From: Candidatus Omnitrophota bacterium
Lineage (GTDB): Bacteria; Omnitrophota; Gorgyraeia; Zapsychrales; JBDRMG01
Reading direction: 5' to 3'
NCBI GenBank assembly: GCA_043812495.1
Contig: JBDRMG010000043.1
Coordinates: 1 to 59,554, forward strand
DNA: 59,554 bases
The position numbers and the translations under genes were made by a program. A model generated the notes under the pieces. The model saw nothing but the letters and a program-made list of their open reading frames with translations, did not search any database and was not told the origin of the DNA. Below, piece by piece: positions 54,848 to 59,554 of this stretch (position 1 is its first letter; each line of letters opens with the position of its first letter).

Positions 54848-55474
54848 TTATCGCGAATAAAGCTCGACGATAAGTTGTTCTTTGATGTTAAGCTGGATAT
54901 CTTCGCGAATGGGAAGTCTCAGAACTTTTCCCTTAAAGTGGTCGCGGTCGACACTCAGCCATGCCGGAACAGCGCGGTCTTTGGTCATCTCGATATTGTC
55001 CTTAAACCGTTTCTGATTTATGTCCTTCATCTTGAGAACGATCTCATCGTCCTTCTTGACCAGAAAAGAAGGGATATTCACGCGACGATCGTTCACAGTA
55101 GCAAATCCATGGGTCACCACCTGCCGAGCTTCCCGACGCGAAGTCGCAAAGCCCATTTGAAAAATGACATTGTCTAACCGTCGTTCCAGCAATTGAAGCA
55201 AAATCTCACCGGTAACACCTTTGGATCGTCCGGCTTTGGCAAAATAACCACGAAATTGCTTTTCAAGAATTCCGTAAATTCTTTTAACTTTTTGTTTCTC
55301 GCGAAGCTGTAAACCGAAGTTTGACAGTTTGACGCGCTTTGCGCCGTGTTGCCCCGGAGCATATTCTCTGCGTAAGATTGCGCAGCGATCTGTATAGCAA
55401 CGCACGCCTTTTATGAACAGTTTTTCTCCTTCTCGTCGACATAAACGACAAGCTGGTCCGCTATCTCTCGCCAT
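54848..55474 (-). CDS. rpsD: 30S ribosomal protein S4
   Basis: [20 protein letters not shown]. Confidence 0.99.
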   Translation of the reverse strand: MARDSGPACRLCRREGEKLFIKGVRCYTDRCAILRREYAPGQHGAKRVKLSNFGLQLREKQKVKRIYGILEKQFRGYFAKAGRSKGVTGEILLQLLERRLDNVIFQMGFATSRREARQVVTHGFATVNDRRVNIPSFLVKKDDEIVLKMKDINQKRFKDNIEMTKDRAVPAWLSVDRDHFKGKVLRLPIREDIQLNIKEQLIVELYSR

Positions 55475-55489
55475 CTTTTTCCTCTCTCA

Positions 55490-55879
55490 TTAAACTCTGC
55501 GTTTTTTACGCGGTCGGCATCCATTGTGCGGTATGGGTGTTACATCTTTGATGGATGTCACCTCAAGGCCCGCAGCGGCCAACGCGCGAATCGCGGATTC
55601 TCGACCGGATCCGGCCCCTTTGACGTAGACATCGACGGTCTTCAGGCCCATGTCTTTGGCTCTTTTGGCCGCATCCGAAGAAGCGATTTGAGCCGCAAAA
55701 GGAGTTGATTTTTTTGATCCCTTAAATCCGACATGCCCCGGACTCGACCACGCGATCACATTACCCTGTTTATCCGTAATCGAGATCAACGTATTATTGA
55801 ACGTCGCCTTAATATGAGCTACGCCGCTTGTGACCCCACGTAATGCTTTTTTCTTAGATTTGATTGTTTTTTCAGCCAT
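55490..55879 (-). CDS. rpsK: 30S ribosomal protein S11
   Basis: [21 protein letters not shown]. Confidence 0.99.
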   Translation of the reverse strand: MAEKTIKSKKKALRGVTSGVAHIKATFNNTLISITDKQGNVIAWSSPGHVGFKGSKKSTPFAAQIASSDAAKRAKDMGLKTVDVYVKGAGSGRESAIRALAAAGLEVTSIKDVTPIPHNGCRPRKKRRV

Positions 55880-55891
55880 TCTGTTCCTTTT

Positions 55892-56266
55892 TTATTCTTC
55901 TTTTCTAATAGTCCCTACCATGCGACGTTTTCCCTTGCGCGTACGCGCATTTGTTTTTGTTCTTTGTCCTCGGGATGGTAAACCCTTTTTATGACGGGAA
56001 CCCCGGTAGGAGCTTGTATCGATCAAACGTTTGATATTCTGTGTGACCTCACGCTTAAGATCACCCTCGACTCGGAAATTCTTCTGAATGATCGTGGAAA
56101 TCCTTGCGACCTCTTCATCGGAAAGATCCTTCGCGCGTTTATCATAGCTGATTTGAGCTTCATCCAAAATCCGCCGGGAAACAGTTTGTCCGACGCCATG
56201 GACATAGCGCAGAGAGATTTCAATTCTCTTTTCTCTTGGGATATCGACCCCCATGACCCTTGGCAT
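55892..56266 (-). CDS. rpsM: 30S ribosomal protein S13
   Basis: [10 protein letters not shown] start, [18 protein letters not shown]. Confidence 0.99.
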   Translation of the reverse strand: MPRVMGVDIPREKRIEISLRYVHGVGQTVSRRILDEAQISYDKRAKDLSDEEVARISTIIQKNFRVEGDLKREVTQNIKRLIDTSSYRGSRHKKGLPSRGQRTKTNARTRKGKRRMVGTIRKEE

Positions 56267-56270
56267 AGTT

Positions 56271-56384
56271 TTATCCTTGTCTTTGCTTATGTTTGGGATT
56301 CGCACAAATGACGCGAACGACTCGTTGTCGTCTCACAATGCGGCATTTGCTGCAAATTCTTTTGACCGATGATTTGACTTTCAT
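56271..56384 (-). CDS. rpmJ: 50S ribosomal protein L36 (not in ORF track)
   Basis: Hand translation [37 protein letters not shown]. Confidence 0.98.
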   Translation of the reverse strand: MKVKSSVKRICSKCRIVRRQRVVRVICANPKHKQRQG

Positions 56385-56385
56385 A

Positions 56386-56604
56386 TTATTTGTTCCTGTA
56401 GGTTATCCGTCCTCGACTTAAATCATAAGGTGAAAGCTCAACCTTCACCTTGTCTCCGGGTATGATACGGATAAAGTGCATACGTATTTTTCCGGAAATA
56501 TGCGCTAAGACAATATGCCCGTTGTCCAATTTGACGCGAAACATCGCATTGGGCAATGCCTCTTGAACAATCCCTTCCACTTCAATCAGATCTTCTTTAG
56601 CCAT
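56386..56604 (-). CDS. infA: Translation initiation factor IF-1
   Basis: [24 protein letters not shown]. Confidence 0.99.
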   Translation of the reverse strand: MAKEDLIEVEGIVQEALPNAMFRVKLDNGHIVLAHISGKIRMHFIRIIPGDKVKVELSPYDLSRGRITYRNK

Positions 56605-56605
56605 A

Positions 56606-57364
56606 TTATTGCGTAAAGATTTCCGGTCCTTTTCCCGTGACAGCTACCGTATGTTCAAAATGCGCTGAGGGTTGACCATCCTGCGTGACAACGGTCCACC
56701 CGTCGTTCAAAATTTTGGTTTGCCATGAACCGGCATTCACCATCGGTTCAATGGCAAGCACCATACCTTCCTTCAAAAGAGGTCCCTGATGGGGCCGTCC
56801 GAAATTGGGGATTTCCGGATCCTCATGCAAAGCTTTTCCAATTCCGTGCCCAACAAATTCTCTGACAACCGAAAAACCGTGTGATTCAACAAAACTTTGT
56901 ATGGCATGCGAGATATCGGACAAATGATTCTCCGCTTTGGCCTGCGCTATTCCTTTGTCTAAGGACACTTTTGTCACATCGATCAATCGCTGCCATCTTG
57001 CATCAATGGGCCCGATCCCTATCGTAAAAGCCGTATCCGCATAGTATTGATCCACAATGATGCCAATGTCGATACTCAGAATATCGCCTTCCTTTAGAAT
57101 GCGATTTGCAGGAATTCCGTGAACCACTTCTTCGTTGATCGATGTGCATATGCAAGCCGGATATCCACGGTATCCCTTAAAGGCGGATTGAGCCTTCGCG
57201 CGCCGAATCAGTTTCTCGGCCTTCTTGTCGATTTCTTGGGTCATTATCCCCGGTTTTAAAGAACGCTTAATGTCTTCTCGAATAGATGCTAAAATCTTAC
57301 CTGATTTCCTAAGAGCTTGGAGTTCGTCGTTCGTCTTAATTTTAATGAGCTGTTCTTTTTTCAT
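56606..57364 (-). CDS. map: Type I methionine aminopeptidase
   Basis: [33 protein letters not shown]. Confidence 0.98.
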   Translation of the reverse strand: MKKEQLIKIKTNDELQALRKSGKILASIREDIKRSLKPGIMTQEIDKKAEKLIRRAKAQSAFKGYRGYPACICTSINEEVVHGIPANRILKEGDILSIDIGIIVDQYYADTAFTIGIGPIDARWQRLIDVTKVSLDKGIAQAKAENHLSDISHAIQSFVESHGFSVVREFVGHGIGKALHEDPEIPNFGRPHQGPLLKEGMVLAIEPMVNAGSWQTKILNDGWTVVTQDGQPSAHFEHTVAVTGKGPEIFTQ

Positions 57365-58004
57365 GAAATAACTTCATGATGATTTTTATAACCTGCGCCG
57401 CATCCAGATTGCCATTAATCTTGACAAGTTTATTCTGTTTCTGGTAATAATCAATAATCGGCTTTGTGCTTTCTAAATAAATATCCATACGTTTCTTGAT
57501 TGTTGCTTCATTGTCATCAGGTCGTTGATACAACTCGCCCTGGCAAAGATCACACGTGCCATCAATTTTTGCAGGCTTATTGACCATATGAAAAAGAGCT
57601 CCGCAGGACCGACAAACCCGCCGACCCGTCAATCGCTGAATGACGATGGGTAACGCTGTTTCCATATACAAAACATAATGGATCGGCTTCTTTATTTTAG
57701 CCAAAATCTGATCAAGATCTTGTGCCTGCTGCGTGGTCCGGGGAAATCCATCCAGCATATATCCGCGATTAACCTCGGGGTCATTCGCCAGTTTTTGCTC
57801 AATCATTTCCGTAACGATTTCATCAGGCACGAGGCCGCCGGACTCTACATATTTCTTTACTTTTTGGCCTAGGGGCGAATCCTTCCCCATCTCTTCTCTG
57901 AGTAAGTCACCCGTCGAAATATGAGTCAAACCGAATTCTTCCTTTAATAGTTTTGCTTGAGTTCCTTTGCCGGCACCGGGTGGCCCTAAGAGAATGATGT
58001 TCAT
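57342..58004 (-). CDS. adk: Adenylate kinase (Zn-lid type)
   Basis: GPPGAGKGT, DGFPRT, CRSC...CDLC. Confidence 0.99.
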   Translation of the reverse strand: MNIILLGPPGAGKGTQAKLLKEEFGLTHISTGDLLREEMGKDSPLGQKVKKYVESGGLVPDEIVTEMIEQKLANDPEVNRGYMLDGFPRTTQQAQDLDQILAKIKKPIHYVLYMETALPIVIQRLTGRRVCRSCGALFHMVNKPAKIDGTCDLCQGELYQRPDDNEATIKKRMDIYLESTKPIIDYYQKQNKLVKINGNLDAAQVIKIIMKLFHEKRTAH

Positions 58005-59350
58005 CGCCGTCCTTTAAGCTGCCCGGATTTCATAAATCCATCGTAATGACGCGTCAGAAGATGTGATTCAATTTGTTTTAAGGTATCCAGCATAACACCG
58101 ACCATAATCAGAACACCTGTGCCTCCGAAAAACGAAGCTACAAGATAAGGAACTTTAAAGGCGGCCATAATGGCATCCGGCATAATCGCAATACAACAGA
58201 TAAAGAGCGCGCCCGCCAGGGTGATTCTCGTCATGACAAAATCCAAATAATCCGCGGTGGGTGTACCCGGTCGAACGCCGGGAATAAAACCGCCATACTT
58301 TTTCATATTTTCCGCAATATCAATAGGATTAAAAACGATGGCCGTATAAAAATAACAGAAAAATACGATCAGCACTCCATAAAGAATATAATATACGGCT
58401 GTTCCGCGCGTTATCATATTGGCAAAAGCCATAAACTTTTGATTCGGGATAAAACTGGCCAATGTCGCCGGAAAAAGAATCAACGATTGAGCAAAAATGA
58501 TGGCAATGACACCGGCGGTATCAACTTTCAAGGGAATATAGGTGCTTTGCCCTCCGTAGACTCTTCGTCCAACAACGCGACGAGCATATTGAACAGGTAT
58601 CTTTCTCTGTCCCTGCGTGATGAGAGCAACGGAAAACACAACCGCAATAAGAAAGAAAATCATGATAACCAATGTCAACGGTTGAATCTGCCGGGCTGCA
58701 GCCGTGCTGGGCGATAACAACAAAATCAAATTATTGATCGCCGATGGGGCTCTGGAAAGAATCCCCGCGGTAATGATCAGGGAGATACCGTTTCCGATGC
58801 CTCGCTCCTGAATCTGTTCACCCAACCACATCAAAAGCAATGTCCCGCTTGTGAGCGTCACAACCGTAGTGAAGCGAAACCATAATCCCGGGTTATCCAC
58901 AATACGCAAACCCTGAAACGCTTGCGGACTTTCAAGCCAAAGAGCAATAAAATAGGATTGCACCAACGAAAGAGCCAATGTTCCGTAGCGCGTATATTGA
59001 TTGATCTTGTGATACCCTGCTTGTCCTTGTTTGGCCAATTTTTCTAAAGCAGGAATCACAGCGGTCAAAAGCTGCATAATAATCGAAGCCGAAATATACG
59101 GCATGATGCCTAAAGAAAAAACTGTCAGCTTCTGCAACGCACCGCCAGAAAACATGTTCATAATGTTAAAGATCGTCCCGCCGCCGGATTTTGCGTTGAT
59201 GGTATTGAAAAACTCAGCAAGCATCGCCCCATTGACGCCAGGGGTTGGGATATAGCAACCGACACGATAAAGAGCAATAATCCCTATAGTAAAAAGGATC
59301 TTTTTCTTAAGATCAGGTATTTTAAAACAATTGGCAAAGGCACTGAGCAT
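58001..59350 (-). CDS. secY: Preprotein translocase subunit SecY
   Basis: LGIMPYISASII, GIGNGISL, GGFIPGVRPG, GGTGVLI. Confidence 0.99.
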   Translation of the reverse strand: MLSAFANCFKIPDLKKKILFTIGIIALYRVGCYIPTPGVNGAMLAEFFNTINAKSGGGTIFNIMNMFSGGALQKLTVFSLGIMPYISASIIMQLLTAVIPALEKLAKQGQAGYHKINQYTRYGTLALSLVQSYFIALWLESPQAFQGLRIVDNPGLWFRFTTVVTLTSGTLLLMWLGEQIQERGIGNGISLIITAGILSRAPSAINNLILLLSPSTAAARQIQPLTLVIMIFFLIAVVFSVALITQGQRKIPVQYARRVVGRRVYGGQSTYIPLKVDTAGVIAIIFAQSLILFPATLASFIPNQKFMAFANMITRGTAVYYILYGVLIVFFCYFYTAIVFNPIDIAENMKKYGGFIPGVRPGTPTADYLDFVMTRITLAGALFICCIAIMPDAIMAAFKVPYLVASFFGGTGVLIMVGVMLDTLKQIESHLLTRHYDGFMKSGQLKGRR

Positions 59351-59353
59351 GAT

Positions 59354-59419
59354 GAAATATTATTAATGTATTTGCTTAATCCCCAGCCCGCCACTGAATC
59401 AATGGCGGGCGAGGTCAAT
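59354..59419. repeat. Family B half-copy in reverse orientation, directly upstream of secY
   Basis: GAAATATTAT...ATTTGCTTAATCCCC-AGCCCGCCACTGAATCAATGGCGGGCG-AGGTCAAT, the reverse complement of the right half of copies 1-3. Confidence 0.8.
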
Positions 59420-59554
59420 GGTTCGACTTTGCTGCTATGTATAAAGTCAAGTTTTTAAAATAAAGGTTCTTTGATAAATTAAAACCAATTTCCAAAAAGA
59501 GAGACTTGCTGCTATTCGTGGCACGGTATAAAACCGTCACACTAGTTTAAGATT

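Noticed and set aside
1062-59255. The many plus-strand ORFs of 60-190 aa opposite housekeeping genes
   Set aside because: They are shadow frames of well-supported minus-strand genes with no motifs or RBS; only exeA and exeB are supported on the plus strand.
6896-59419. Possible CRISPR array from the recurring palindromes
   Set aside because: The repeats are dispersed single copies, not tandem repeat-spacer arrays, and there are no cas genes.
59462-59472. AAAGGTTCTTT as a fourth family C copy
   Set aside because: Only 11 nt match, and both the complementary arm and the second inverted repeat are missing.

Overview
This is a gene-dense bacterial chromosomal window, almost entirely on the minus strand. 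It is most likely from a PVC-superphylum organism, consistent with Ca. Omnitrophota (inference from the PVC signature small basic protein at 27690-27938 and from gene content). Housekeeping content: uvrB, aroB/aroQ, pfkA, accBC, efp, gmhA/rfaE2, thiE, lipB, an isocitrate dehydrogenase-family gene, an aminotransferase, the secY-adk-map-infA-rpmJ-rpsMKD-rpoA-rplQ block, and one tRNA-Gly(CCC). Accessory content: a type IV pilus/T2SS-like locus (about 8.1-25.6 kb). It has two PilZ proteins, ExeA/ExeB, PilP/O/MN/X, a pilin fused to a PQQ-type beta-propeller, a GT-C/TPR membrane protein among the pilins, PilC and PilB. It also has a tandem double histidine kinase with two degenerate GGDEF domains, flanked by two CheY-like receivers. 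Reading the DNA directly gave items missing from the ORF track: the start of an IS200-type transposase that truncates a TMTC-like gene at the left edge, four small ORFs (rpmJ, Trm112-like, a Cys4 zinc finger, a small membrane protein), and several families of dispersed intergenic hairpin repeats. The most striking family is a two-stem scaffold with compensatory base changes and swappable apical hairpins; its four two-stem copies all end 14-20 nt upstream of a start codon. No CRISPR array, rRNA or prophage was seen. All family assignments are from motif recognition by eye; no database search was run.
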